This document shows positions 7,578 through 16,566 of a stretch of DNA of 39,069 nucleotides, piece after piece; positions within the stretch are counted from its first letter, which is position 1; each line of letters begins with the position of its first letter. The position numbers were made by a program, and so were the translations under genes. Source of the stretch: a virus (taxonomy: Duplodnaviria > Caudoviricetes); the IMG/VR virus record IMGVR_UViG_3300048599_000766, positions 1 to 39,069 of that record; one strand, 5' to 3'. The notes beneath the pieces are model-generated. The model was given only the letters and a program-made list of their open reading frames with translations. It was not told the DNA's origin and ran no database searches.

Positions 7578-10165
7578 GGGACGGGCCAGAGCACGCGTTC
7601 GCGACTGGTGCCCGGCCCCGACATCGCGAGGATGTTCCAGGCCGAGCCGATGATCGCGGGCCAAGCATGGATGTCGTTCACCGGGTCGTTCTGCAGCGCG
7701 TACAGGTAGGAGCCGTCGCTGCGCTGGCCCCTCACCAGGCGCTGCATGAGCACGCCCGCATAGTTGACGTCGGTGCCGCGGTAGGCACAGACCACGCCGA
7801 AGCTGCCCTCGTACCAGGGCGTGGTCACGGTGTTGGCGGGATAGCCGTCGACCGGGACGAAGGTGGTGTAGCCCGAGAGCCCGCTCGCCGGATCGGTGAC
7901 GTAGTAATATTGATCGGCGCGGGCGAGCGAGTGCACGGCATCGCTCTGGCGGTTCCACTTCTCCAGGAGCGTCGCACCCCAGGAGTGGGTGTCGAGCGCG
8001 TGCATGCCATCGGGCACGTTGGCGCCCGCGGTCGCCACGCCGCCCTGCCAGAAGATGCCGTCGATCCCGTCCCAGCCATAGCCGGTGGTGAGCATCGCCG
8101 CTTTGATCAGGTCCGCAGCCTGGCGGTAGTTCACGACGCCGCTGCCGTAGAGTTGGTCGGCCAGATCGAAGCACCACCAGCAATCGATGTTGTGCTCGAC
8201 CGACCACCACGGCACGACGTAGCTCGGGTCGAGCACGCCATCGACATAGCGGCCCTTGCCGCCGTTGATCGTGCCGATGCTGTTGGTGAAGCCCCGGATA
8301 TAGTCGAGGCAGCGCTTGGCCGCGTCGGTCGTCGGCGTCTCGAAGAACCAGCTCTTGAACGGCGGCTGGTCGCACAGCAGCAGCGCGTAGCAGACCCAGG
8401 CGACCGCGCCGATGCGGCTGAATCCGCCCGAGCTGCGGTCATAGAGCGTTGCCTGGCCTGAGCTGAAGGGGAAGCTGCCGTCCGAGGCCTGCACGGTGAG
8501 CAGCGCGTCGACCAGCTTTTGCGCAGCCGTCGTCTCGCCCAGCGTCAAGAAGGCGACCAGCGCGACCGACTGATCGTACAGAAAGCAGGTATCCTGGAAG
8601 CCGTCATAGTAGACGCTGGTGGTGTCCTGGCCGGCATCGGACGCAGGCACGATGAAGCTGCGCATGAGCCCGCTCGGCATCGTGTACTGACCGAGGATGC
8701 GCCTGGTGTTCACGTTGACTAGCGAGACGCGGCCGACCGCTCCCCCGGCCGCCAGCGCCGCGATCCGCCAGGTCCGGTCCTTCTGCGCCGGCTGGATGCT
8801 GGTCGGGAACGGCGGCACCAAGTCGGTGATCGCGCGGTACTCGATGCGCAGGTCGGGATAGGCGCCCGCGTCGACCGCGTTCTCCTCGGCCCAGGCGACA
8901 CCGACCTGGCGCACCGAGCAGCCGTTCTGCTGCTCCATGAGCCGCAGCTTGATCTTTCCCCCGAACGGCTGCGGCCGGCTGATCGTGAAGGCGCCGGGGC
9001 CGACCACCGGCTGCAGCGCCCAGCAATACTCGACGTCGGTCTCGTTGGTGACGAGGATTTGATAGGTAAAGCCGGCCTGCTCGGTGAAGCCCTGCAGGCT
9101 GCCCTGGATGACGTAGGGGCCGGCCCCGCTCAGCGTCACGCCGACGAACTGCGGTGAGCCGCCCAGATAGGCCGTCGAATAGAAGTCGCGCACATCGCCC
9201 GGCCGCTCGGTCTGCAGCCAGGCGTGGCCGACCATGATGCGATTGGCGTCGGCATCGGCGTCGGCCTTGCTGGCGTAGGTCACGATCTGGAACGACCAGG
9301 CGCCGGCCGGCACCGGATTGACCGAGTCGGCCCAGGTCGCGTTCGCCGCGATGGGCGCAAGGAACTGTTTTACGCCGTTGACCGTGCCCAGCACGTAGTA
9401 GCGGCCCCAATTGGTGCCGCCATCGGCATAGATCGAGTTGGGATCGTCGATGTAGGGCGGCGGCGGTGCCGGGTTGACCATCTGCCGGTGCCCCGCGTAG
9501 CCGTCCATGGTGTAGAACGGCACATCGACGCGGCCCGAGAAGTCGACGCGCGCGCCGGCCGTCACCGGGAACCACAGCGGCCCCTCGATCAGCACCGGCG
9601 AGTAGGGCACGCCCGGATTGGGATCGACCGGCAGGGTGTAGAGCCCGGTCCACGGCCCGGTCGAGTGCCGGTCGATGCCGAGATCGTCAGGCACCAGGGT
9701 GGTCGAGACGTAGGGCGTGCGGCCCTCAGCCTGCGCCTTCAGATAGGCGAGCGACTTGCTCACACTCTGCGGCACCGAGGCATCGGGCGTCGGCGCGTGC
9801 GGCTGCGGATTGAAGCACTCCGCGAAGGTCACGCTCAGCAGGCCGACGACGCCGCGGTCGAGGTTCTTGTCGGCGATGGTCGCCTGCCAGGCATCCGCCG
9901 TCACGAACAGCGGCGCGTCGTCATCGGGCGGTTGGAAGTAGAAGCCGGATGCGGCATTGCTGCGCAGGAACGTGTCCATCTCGTCGAGCGTGGCGAGGCC
10001 CTCGAACGGGAAGTTGAGCGTCCAGGTCGGCCGCACGGGATTGAGCCCGCGGGTCGCGCGATGGATGTAGCCGTCGCCATAGGGCGCGACGTCGACCATG
10101 AGCGTGCTGGCGCGCCCGGCGCCCGGCTGAGGACACCAGGACCAGAAGGGCTGCGGCTGATCCAT
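7574..10165 (-). CDS. Lambda gpM-like distal tail protein fused to beta-rich domains and a six-hairpin glycosidase-like domain (863 aa)
   Basis: First ~120 aa match gpM (FWSW.P, YGDGYIHR..RGLN, FYFQPP, TFAECF) in the M slot between TMP and L; C-terminal ~370 aa show helical-toroid motifs YDQS, QASDGSF, SVEHNID, LDTHSW, WYEGS, QRSDGSY. Confidence 0.8.
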   Translation of the reverse strand: MDQPQPFWSWCPQPGAGRASTLMVDVAPYGDGYIHRATRGLNPVRPTWTLNFPFEGLATLDEMDTFLRSNAASGFYFQPPDDDAPLFVTADAWQATIADKNLDRGVVGLLSVTFAECFNPQPHAPTPDASVPQSVSKSLAYLKAQAEGRTPYVSTTLVPDDLGIDRHSTGPWTGLYTLPVDPNPGVPYSPVLIEGPLWFPVTAGARVDFSGRVDVPFYTMDGYAGHRQMVNPAPPPPYIDDPNSIYADGGTNWGRYYVLGTVNGVKQFLAPIAANATWADSVNPVPAGAWSFQIVTYASKADADADANRIMVGHAWLQTERPGDVRDFYSTAYLGGSPQFVGVTLSGAGPYVIQGSLQGFTEQAGFTYQILVTNETDVEYCWALQPVVGPGAFTISRPQPFGGKIKLRLMEQQNGCSVRQVGVAWAEENAVDAGAYPDLRIEYRAITDLVPPFPTSIQPAQKDRTWRIAALAAGGAVGRVSLVNVNTRRILGQYTMPSGLMRSFIVPASDAGQDTTSVYYDGFQDTCFLYDQSVALVAFLTLGETTAAQKLVDALLTVQASDGSFPFSSGQATLYDRSSGGFSRIGAVAWVCYALLLCDQPPFKSWFFETPTTDAAKRCLDYIRGFTNSIGTINGGKGRYVDGVLDPSYVVPWWSVEHNIDCWWCFDLADQLYGSGVVNYRQAADLIKAAMLTTGYGWDGIDGIFWQGGVATAGANVPDGMHALDTHSWGATLLEKWNRQSDAVHSLARADQYYYVTDPASGLSGYTTFVPVDGYPANTVTTPWYEGSFGVVCAYRGTDVNYAGVLMQRLVRGQRSDGSYLYALQNDPVNDIHAWPAIIGSAWNILAMSGPGTSRERVLWPVP

Positions 10166-10172
10166 GGGCGCC

Positions 10173-12278
10173 TCACGCAGTCATGCGGCGGTAAAGCGCG
10201 CCGCCTGGCCGCTTCTCGTTGTTGATCACATCGACCACCGCCGCCTTCACCTTGCGGCCGAACGCCAACGCCATGGCCGGATTGTCGGCGCCGACCGTCT
10301 GGCCCATGTCGAGGTTGATCGTGACGTTGCCGCCGCCCTGAGTTGAGGCGGCGGGCTCGATGCGGCCCGCGACCTGGGGCACGAAGCGCTCGGGTCCGCG
10401 CTCGCCGACCGTGTAGTAATAGCCGGGCTGCACTTCGCCACCGGCCGCCTTGCCGCCGCCGAACACCGAGCCGAGCCCAGAGGCGATCCAGCCAAGGATG
10501 CCGCTGCCTGGCGTCGGCGGCCCCATGCCCCCGGCATCGAGCCGACCGCCGAAGCTGCCGAACACCGAGTTGAAGATCGCCGAGGCCGCAGCCTGCGCTG
10601 CCATCTTCGCCAGCATGAGCGCGAAGTCCGCGGCGATGTCGCCGAAGGTCTTGCTCGACTTGCCGGCCAGCACGTCGAGGCCCTCGTCCATCACGTTGAC
10701 CAGGCCCTGGAAGATCTGCCCGCCCGCGCTGAACAGGTCGTGGCTGCGCTCGAACTGACGGGCCGCCAGCTCGAAGCCTGCCGCCAGCGAGCCGAGATCG
10801 TCGTCGTAGCGGCGCGCCTGCAGCGCCGCGTTCTGCAGCGCCTCGGTCTGCTCCTTCAGTGCCCGCGTGTAGGCCTGGTCGCTCAGCCGGCCAGTCGCTT
10901 TCTCGCGGTTCAGATCGCGCAGCACGCGGGCATAGGCCACGGTGCCGTCGCCCAGCCGCTTCTCCAGCTCGAACGCCTGCTGATTATACTGGATGCTCTT
11001 CTGCGTTTCGGCCTGCGCCTGCTTGGCGCCGAAGATCGCGTCCTCCAGCGCCTTCTCCATCTCGTGCGGGATGGTCTTGTGCTGGGCGATGCGCGCCAGG
11101 ATGTCCTGGGTCTCCTGACGGGCCTGGACGATGCGCGCGAGATCGTCGATGTCGGCTTGCTGGTTGCGGCGCACCGACGCGGTCGCGTCGTCCGCGGCCT
11201 TCTGCACCGCCTGATAGCGCTTGATGATCGCGTTGATGTCGTCGGCGTCGCTGCCACCGCCGCCGCCCCCGGTGGTGGTAGGAACCGGCGGCGGCTTGTA
11301 GGGCTCGTTCGACTTCTTCTCGATCTCCTGCGCCTTGCGGAACGCCTCCTCGGCAGCGGCCAAATCCTTCTGCGTTTGATCGCGGGCCTGGCGCGCGCGC
11401 TCAGCCACGGCTTGCGCCTCGGCCACCGTGGTGCCGGGGCTGGCACCCTGGCCGCGCAGGATGGACTCGCGGATGCGGCCCGCCGCGTCGCCGCCGCGCT
11501 GTTCGATCTGCTGCTGCAGCTCAGCGGCGCGCCGCGCCTCGCCCGTCGCTTTCTGCAACGCGACCTCGGCGTCGACCGCCTTTGCGCGCAGCTCGTCGAT
11601 CTGCTGGATCGCGCGCTGCTGGGCGCTGATGCCGACCAGTCCACCGGCACCGGTGAAGATCGCCATCAGCTCGCGCACGCTGGTGATGGTGCCCTTGTAG
11701 ACCTCGAAGTAGGCCAGCGACGAACCGGCATCGCGGATCATCTTCGAGATCGTGCCGAGCACGGTATTGACCGAGCCGCCCTCGAACTGCTGGCGCACCC
11801 GGCCGACGATCTCGCCGAAGCGGTCGATCTGCGTGGCGATGTCGGCGAAGGCCTTGACCGTGTCCTCGGCCATGAGCTTGCCGGTGTCACGCAGTTCGTC
11901 CGTCATCGCCTTGAGCTCAGCGCGATGCGTCTTGTAGTAGGCCGCCTGCTGCTCGAACGTCTGGCCGTTCAGCTTCGCGGCCTTCTGCAGCGCCTGGATT
12001 TCGTCGACGGAGAAGCCGAGCTGCTTGCTCAGCTCCTGCTGCTGCTTCGCGGCGTCGGCCGTCGCCAGGCCCCAATCGACGACCTGCTTCACCGCGACCG
12101 CCGCCGCGCTCAGGATCGCCAGCGCCCGCAGGTCCTTCAGCAGGCCCTCGACCCGCTTGCCCTGCGCGTCGATGGTTTTGCCGAAGTCCTCCAGCCGCTT
12201 GGTGCTCTCGTCCATGCCCTTGCTGAACTCGGCGAAGTCGGCCACCAGCTTGACGAGGACGTCGCCGATCACCGCCAT
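10173..12278 (-). CDS. Tail tape measure protein (701 aa)
   Basis: Start MAVIGDVLVKLVAD with RBS GGGAGG; long Ala/Gln/Glu helical region; lambda-TMP C-terminus KAAGG...VGERGPERFVP...NEKRPGGAL. Confidence 0.93.
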   Translation of the reverse strand: MAVIGDVLVKLVADFAEFSKGMDESTKRLEDFGKTIDAQGKRVEGLLKDLRALAILSAAAVAVKQVVDWGLATADAAKQQQELSKQLGFSVDEIQALQKAAKLNGQTFEQQAAYYKTHRAELKAMTDELRDTGKLMAEDTVKAFADIATQIDRFGEIVGRVRQQFEGGSVNTVLGTISKMIRDAGSSLAYFEVYKGTITSVRELMAIFTGAGGLVGISAQQRAIQQIDELRAKAVDAEVALQKATGEARRAAELQQQIEQRGGDAAGRIRESILRGQGASPGTTVAEAQAVAERARQARDQTQKDLAAAEEAFRKAQEIEKKSNEPYKPPPVPTTTGGGGGGSDADDINAIIKRYQAVQKAADDATASVRRNQQADIDDLARIVQARQETQDILARIAQHKTIPHEMEKALEDAIFGAKQAQAETQKSIQYNQQAFELEKRLGDGTVAYARVLRDLNREKATGRLSDQAYTRALKEQTEALQNAALQARRYDDDLGSLAAGFELAARQFERSHDLFSAGGQIFQGLVNVMDEGLDVLAGKSSKTFGDIAADFALMLAKMAAQAAASAIFNSVFGSFGGRLDAGGMGPPTPGSGILGWIASGLGSVFGGGKAAGGEVQPGYYYTVGERGPERFVPQVAGRIEPAASTQGGGNVTINLDMGQTVGADNPAMALAFGRKVKAAVVDVINNEKRPGGALYRRMTA

Positions 12279-12280
12279 GG

Positions 12281-12604
12281 CTATCCTCCCCGCCAATTGA
12301 GCATCTGACGGTCGACCTCGCTCAGGCCGTCGTCGGGCGGCGGCTCACGGTCCCGGATCACGAAGAAATCGGAGGCCAGCACTGGCGAGGCGTCGGCGGA
12401 GCGCTGCAGGTTCACCATCACCGAGCAGAGCAGCCCGAAGTGCAGGTCGCTCAGCCGATCGGGCAGCGGCTGGTTGAGCGCGTCGAAGCGCGCCCAATCG
12501 CTGAGCTCGCGTGCCGACATCGACGTCTCCAGCTCAGCCACCGTCTTGTGCAGCGCCAGGGCGAGCCGGTGCAGGAAGGCCCGGCCTGGCTCTAGGGGGA
12601 AGGG
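12281..12604 (-). CDS. Tail assembly chaperone T (C-terminal part of a G-T frameshift product)
   Basis: FLHRLALALHKTVAELETSMSARELSDW resembles lambda gpT; lies in the -1 frame relative to G, with no good own start before the conserved part. Confidence 0.8.
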   Translation of the reverse strand, partial: PFPLEPGRAFLHRLALALHKTVAELETSMSARELSDWARFDALNQPLPDRLSDLHFGLLCSVMVNLQRSADASPVLASDFFVIRDREPPPDDGLSEVDRQMLNWRGG

Positions 12605-12605
12605 C
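12592..12605 (-). other. Putative programmed -1 ribosomal frameshift site (GGC CCT TCC CCC TAG)
   Basis: G ends CCT TCC CCC TAG; the -1 frame CCC TTC CCC CTA GAG is open into T. Confidence 0.65.
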
Positions 12606-12930
12606 CTGGCGCCTCGTCGACGTGACCGTTCGGCTGGGCGCCGGCTGTGTCGGCGACCGCGGGATCGACGTTGCGCATGCCGTTCACGAAGGCGCAACGG
12701 CCCGCCAGGTAGGCCAGCCTGTCACGATGGCGGAACGGCAGGTCGTAGATTTCGTCGACCGAGCTGAACACCGGCTCGCCGGAGTCGGCGTAGCGCAGCG
12801 CGGCCACCAGCATCAGGTAGGAGCCCTCCTCCCCGTCACGCACGAAGGCGTCGATGATCGGCTTGCTCTGCCGGATCGAGAACTCGACGAACGTGACGGG
12901 GCGATCATTCCAGGTGTTGCGGTCCATCAT
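12592..12930 (-). CDS. Tail assembly chaperone G (112 aa)
   Basis: Between tail tube and TMP, ATGA-coupled to the tube gene; LRYADSGEPVF motif typical of tail assembly chaperones. Confidence 0.8.
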   Translation of the reverse strand: MMDRNTWNDRPVTFVEFSIRQSKPIIDAFVRDGEEGSYLMLVAALRYADSGEPVFSSVDEIYDLPFRHRDRLAYLAGRCAFVNGMRNVDPAVADTAGAQPNGHVDEAPGPSP

Positions 12931-13673
12931 GCCGCCACCGCCTCGGCGACCGGCGCCGGCTGGACGGGCCTGGGCGCCACGCGCCCCCCGGCCACGCGCG
13001 GCACGAAGCCTGGCGGCGGGGTCTTGTAGAAGTGGACCTGGCCGTCGATCTGGCCACCGATGTTGTTAGCCACCGCGGAGTTGACGCCGAGCGAGACGTC
13101 GAAGGTGTTCACGATGGCCATGAAGGTCCAGCCGCAGCCATCGGGCAGGCGCACGTCGATGGCAACGTCCTCGCCCGAGCGGTAGGCATCGCGGGCACGG
13201 AACATCGCCGTGTCGCTGCAGTCGTAGAAGCCGGCCGCGGTCCAGGTGCCGACCGCGGGCAGGCCGGCCACGATGCGATGGGCGATGTCGCATAGCGTCG
13301 TGACGTCGACCGTGGCGCCGGCCGGGTTGTTGGCGTTGAAGTTCGAGCGGCACAGCTCCAGCCAGGTCGGCCCGAACAGCTCGGCGGCGGGCGTGCCCGC
13401 GCTATTGATGGTGCTGCTCTCGCCCGTAGTGTCGCTGTCCTCCAGCGTCACCTGCTGGCCGGCTACGTCGAGCACCTTGAACGGCATGAACTCGATGCTG
13501 TTCCAGCCGGTGTTCCTCGGCACGACGATCTCGCCCTTCTGCGGCGCCGGCACGCCGACCGCCAGCGTGAGCACGCACGGCTTCGCCTTGGTCGCGCTCT
13601 CGATGGGCCAGAGGTTGGCCTCCAGGTCGTTGCTGATCATGATGACCGAGCCTTGAGACGCGAGACGGGACAT
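12927..13673 (-). CDS. Major tail tube protein (248 aa)
   Basis: Position; SQGS start, ITKAxP-like ATKAKPCV segment, VDVTTLCD and VRLPDG motifs seen in lambda-like tube proteins; RBS AAGGAG. Confidence 0.8.
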   Translation of the reverse strand: MSRLASQGSVIMISNDLEANLWPIESATKAKPCVLTLAVGVPAPQKGEIVVPRNTGWNSIEFMPFKVLDVAGQQVTLEDSDTTGESSTINSAGTPAAELFGPTWLELCRSNFNANNPAGATVDVTTLCDIAHRIVAGLPAVGTWTAAGFYDCSDTAMFRARDAYRSGEDVAIDVRLPDGCGWTFMAIVNTFDVSLGVNSAVANNIGGQIDGQVHFYKTPPPGFVPRVAGGRVAPRPVQPAPVAEAVAA

Positions 13674-13685
13674 GGCGGCTCTCCT

Positions 13686-14309
13686 TCACTTGGGCATGGC
13701 GCTGACCGCCGCGTCGATCAGCTTGAAGATGGTGTCGCGGAAAGAAGTGATGGATTGCGGCGCGACCCCGCCGAACACCGGCCTGATCCACGAGCGGCTC
13801 TTGATGCCGCCGCGGCTCGCGGTCGCCAGCCAGCGCTGCGCCGACTTGAGCTGACGGGCCTGGCCCTTGGCCGTGCGGGCGATCTTGCCGCTGCGCAGGA
13901 ACGTTGGCGTGCGGACGGCGCGCCGCGGGCCGGTGCCGAACTCGAGATAGCGCCACCACAAGGCGACGTAGCTGGTCGGCGTCGACTTGCGCCGCTTGGC
14001 GCCGAGCCGCTTGCGCACCAGCGTGGCGAACGGCGTCGCTGGCCCCGCGATGCTCTGCGCGTATTCCTCGACGTAACCGGTGAGGCTGGCGTCCTTCGGC
14101 TCGCGCTGGATCGAGACGCTTAGGCCCGAGCGGATTGCCCCGGTGCGCCGCAGGAAGGTGGTGTAGGTCGCCGCGCGCATCGGCTTGGCCAGCGCCCAGG
14201 CAGCTTCGCGTAGCGACTGCCGACCGATCTCACGCTGCACCAGCGTGCCGAGCTTCTCGAAGTTGGCCTTCGCGTCGCTCAAGCCCTTGACGTCCACGCG
14301 GGTCGGCAT
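13686..14309 (-). CDS. HK97 gp10-like tail completion protein (207 aa)
   Basis: Start MPTRVDVKGL; RTGAIRSGL, WWRYLEFGT and SWIRPVF motifs. Confidence 0.85.
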   Translation of the reverse strand: MPTRVDVKGLSDAKANFEKLGTLVQREIGRQSLREAAWALAKPMRAATYTTFLRRTGAIRSGLSVSIQREPKDASLTGYVEEYAQSIAGPATPFATLVRKRLGAKRRKSTPTSYVALWWRYLEFGTGPRRAVRTPTFLRSGKIARTAKGQARQLKSAQRWLATASRGGIKSRSWIRPVFGGVAPQSITSFRDTIFKLIDAAVSAMPK

Positions 14310-14313
14310 GGCG

Positions 14314-14787
14314 TCACGGTGCCGGCAGCGGCGGCGGCTCGGGGAAGCCCTGCCAGCCGCCGTGCAGCATGTCGGTGCCATCGCGCCGCGTCTGGAAGGT
14401 GTAGCGCGCTGTCATGGCGAGCTGCCACCACTCGCCCAGGCCCTCGGGGTCGACGTCGTGCGGGCCGTCGACCTGCCAGATGATCAGGCCGTCGCGGCGC
14501 GCGCCGTGGAAGGTCTGCCGGATGTAGTCGACCGGCAGATCGAGCGCGGCCGGGCCTGAGCCCGAGCGCGTGAACAGCCCGACCAGGATGGTGCCGGTCT
14601 CCTCGACCCACGGCATCGAGCCCAGCGTGACGTCGCCGCGCGCCTCGGGTTGCAGGATGGCCGCGCCCCATTGATCGGGCGCGGTGTTGGTGTCGTGCTG
14701 GAAGTTGACCGCCTCCATGTAGGGCAGCACGTCCGCCGGGATGCGCTCCTGCCAGATCGCGAGGAAGACGGAGAGCGGCGTGGTCAT
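14314..14787 (-). CDS. Putative tail terminator (157 aa)
   Basis: Position in the neck module; ETGTILVGLF...GSG pattern; ATGA overlap. Confidence 0.55.
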   Translation of the reverse strand: MTTPLSVFLAIWQERIPADVLPYMEAVNFQHDTNTAPDQWGAAILQPEARGDVTLGSMPWVEETGTILVGLFTRSGSGPAALDLPVDYIRQTFHGARRDGLIIWQVDGPHDVDPEGLGEWWQLAMTARYTFQTRRDGTDMLHGGWQGFPEPPPLPAP

Positions 14788-15128
14788 TGCTGGCCCCCGA
14801 TCAGCGCCATCTTGAAGAAGGTGTGCGGCGGCACGCCCGGAACGCCGCGCCAGGTCTCGACGGCCAGGCGCTGGGCGCCGACCACGACGCGGTCGAAGCG
14901 GCGCGGCGTCTCCTGGCCGGTCACGACGGCGAACTGTTCGGCGTCGATCACCAGCAGGAAGCCTTGCTGCATCGCCGCGGCGATCAGCTCCTGTGCATTA
15001 AGCGGGCGCATGAAACCGCGCATCACCGATGGTGCGAGCGCGCCCTGCGCCTGGTACTGAAGGTCGCGTGAAAAGAACTTCAGCCCCCAGCGCTCGGCAG
15101 GCGTGACGAAGTCGACGCCGTTCATCAT
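14784..15128 (-). CDS. Putative head closure / stopper protein (114 aa)
   Basis: Start MMNGVDF at 15128 coupled to the connector stop; size and position; PRRFDRVVVG beta-rich motif. Confidence 0.55.
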   Translation of the reverse strand: MMNGVDFVTPAERWGLKFFSRDLQYQAQGALAPSVMRGFMRPLNAQELIAAAMQQGFLLVIDAEQFAVVTGQETPRRFDRVVVGAQRLAVETWRGVPGVPPHTFFKMALIGGQQ

Positions 15129-15904
15129 GCCACGACCACGACCGCGGTGGTGGTCGGGAAGATGTCCAGCCCCATGCCCGAGCGGTGGTCGGTGTAGAGA
15201 TCGAGCAGGTTGGCGTAGGGGCCGAGCAGCGGATCGGCGACTGCACCGGCGCCCCTGAGCGCGCTCTCGACGAACGGGTTGGCGCGACCCACTTCGACGT
15301 CGCCGACGTCGATGACCGACACGCGATTGATGCCGCCGACGCCCATCCCCGCAGCCTGCGACTGCCGCCCCATCCACAGCATCTGCATGACGCCGAGCAG
15401 GCACTCGTACAGATCTGGCGGCAGCTCGGGCCAGCCGGCCTGATAGGTGATGCGCGCTCGGCCGCACGCCAGCTCGTACCCGAGATCGTGAGCGAGCTGC
15501 GTGGCGGTGAGCGTGAACAGCTTTCCCGACACCGGATCGAAGCGCGCGTCAGCCGCGACCAGGTCCTGGTCGTTCAGCACGACCGCGTCGATGCTGGCGA
15601 CCGGGAAGTAGCGCAGGAAGATCGAGCCGCGCCGCGGATAGGCGATGACGGGCGGCTGGACCGCCACATAGTGCTGGTCGACCAGCTTGCCCCAATCGTC
15701 GACGAAGGCCTGCGGCGGAGCACTGAGCTTGCGGAAGGTGTAGGCCTCCATGCGCGCCCACACGCCATCGACGCGGCGCTGCAGCCAGGCATCCTGGCTC
15801 GCGTCGCCCGCGGCGATGCCGAGATCGTCTTTCAGGATGGCCAAGTCGACCGGGGCGTGCGTCACCGCCGCCACGGCCTTCGCGGCGCGGATATCATCGG
15901 CCAC
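15125..15904 (-). CDS. Head-tail connector (HK97 gp6 / phiE125 gp8-like, 259 aa)
   Basis: VDLAILKDDLGI...DAWLQ...EAYTFR N-terminus; LRYFPVASI and ITYQAGW...LPPDL motifs; GTG start with GGGAGG RBS. Confidence 0.8.
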   Translation of the reverse strand: MADDIRAAKAVAAVTHAPVDLAILKDDLGIAAGDASQDAWLQRRVDGVWARMEAYTFRKLSAPPQAFVDDWGKLVDQHYVAVQPPVIAYPRRGSIFLRYFPVASIDAVVLNDQDLVAADARFDPVSGKLFTLTATQLAHDLGYELACGRARITYQAGWPELPPDLYECLLGVMQMLWMGRQSQAAGMGVGGINRVSVIDVGDVEVGRANPFVESALRGAGAVADPLLGPYANLLDLYTDHRSGMGLDIFPTTTAVVVVA

Positions 15905-15915
15905 GGCGGACCTCC

Positions 15916-16566
15916 CTACCTGGAGTGCTTGCCGAGCAAGTCGTCGAGCACGCTGACGATCAGCGGCTTGAACGAACCGATGACATGGCCCGACTCGGTC
16001 AGCTCACCGTCGTCGCTCAGCGCGAACGCCCGCTTCTCGGGCCTGGCGTTCCTCCCGCCGACCTTCAGCCAGTGCTCCGCGCTGCCGGCGCTGCCAGGCT
16101 CTATGCCCTTCGACGGCACGAGCGCGTGGTACTCGCCGAAGCGAAACACGCGGTCGCCCGCCTCATAGGCGGCGTCGGCCGACCAGTAGCCGCGCACGAT
16201 GGGCACCGCGAGCTTGCGGATCATCGCGTAACTGGTGCCGTCACTTAGCATCGCGCGCAGCGCCACGGTGCGCTCGCCTTCCCAGCGGAGATCCAGGCCC
16301 GCCACGCCGACCAGCAACGGCAGCCAGCCATCGTCCTTTCCGGGCTCGCCATCGGTGTCGCGCCGCGCCAAGAACAGCCCGTTGCGATGACGCACCGTCA
16401 CACCGGCGCCGTGCCGCCCCTCGGTCCAGACGGGTGGCGGTACGAACGGCGGCAAGGGCTTGGCAGCGACCGCGCGCTCGATATGCCTGGTGAGCTCAGC
16501 CTTCACGCCGACCAGCTCCTCGGCGACGACCGTCGAGACGATGGCGAGGATTTCCTCGCGCGTCAT
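15916..16566 (-). CDS. Portal-adjacent structural protein with two CBM5/12-like Trp repeats (216 aa)
   Basis: Repeats W..G.HGAGVTV...GLFLA...EPG..DGW and RGYW....YEAGDRV..G.YHA...EPG...HW; ATGA-coupled to the portal. Confidence 0.6.
   Translation of the reverse strand: MTREEILAIVSTVVAEELVGVKAELTRHIERAVAAKPLPPFVPPPVWTEGRHGAGVTVRHRNGLFLARRDTDGEPGKDDGWLPLLVGVAGLDLRWEGERTVALRAMLSDGTSYAMIRKLAVPIVRGYWSADAAYEAGDRVFRFGEYHALVPSKGIEPGSAGSAEHWLKVGGRNARPEKRAFALSDDGELTESGHVIGSFKPLIVSVLDDLLGKHSR

Noticed and set aside
10740-12308. 522-aa plus-strand ORF
   Set aside because: Antisense shadow of the tape measure gene
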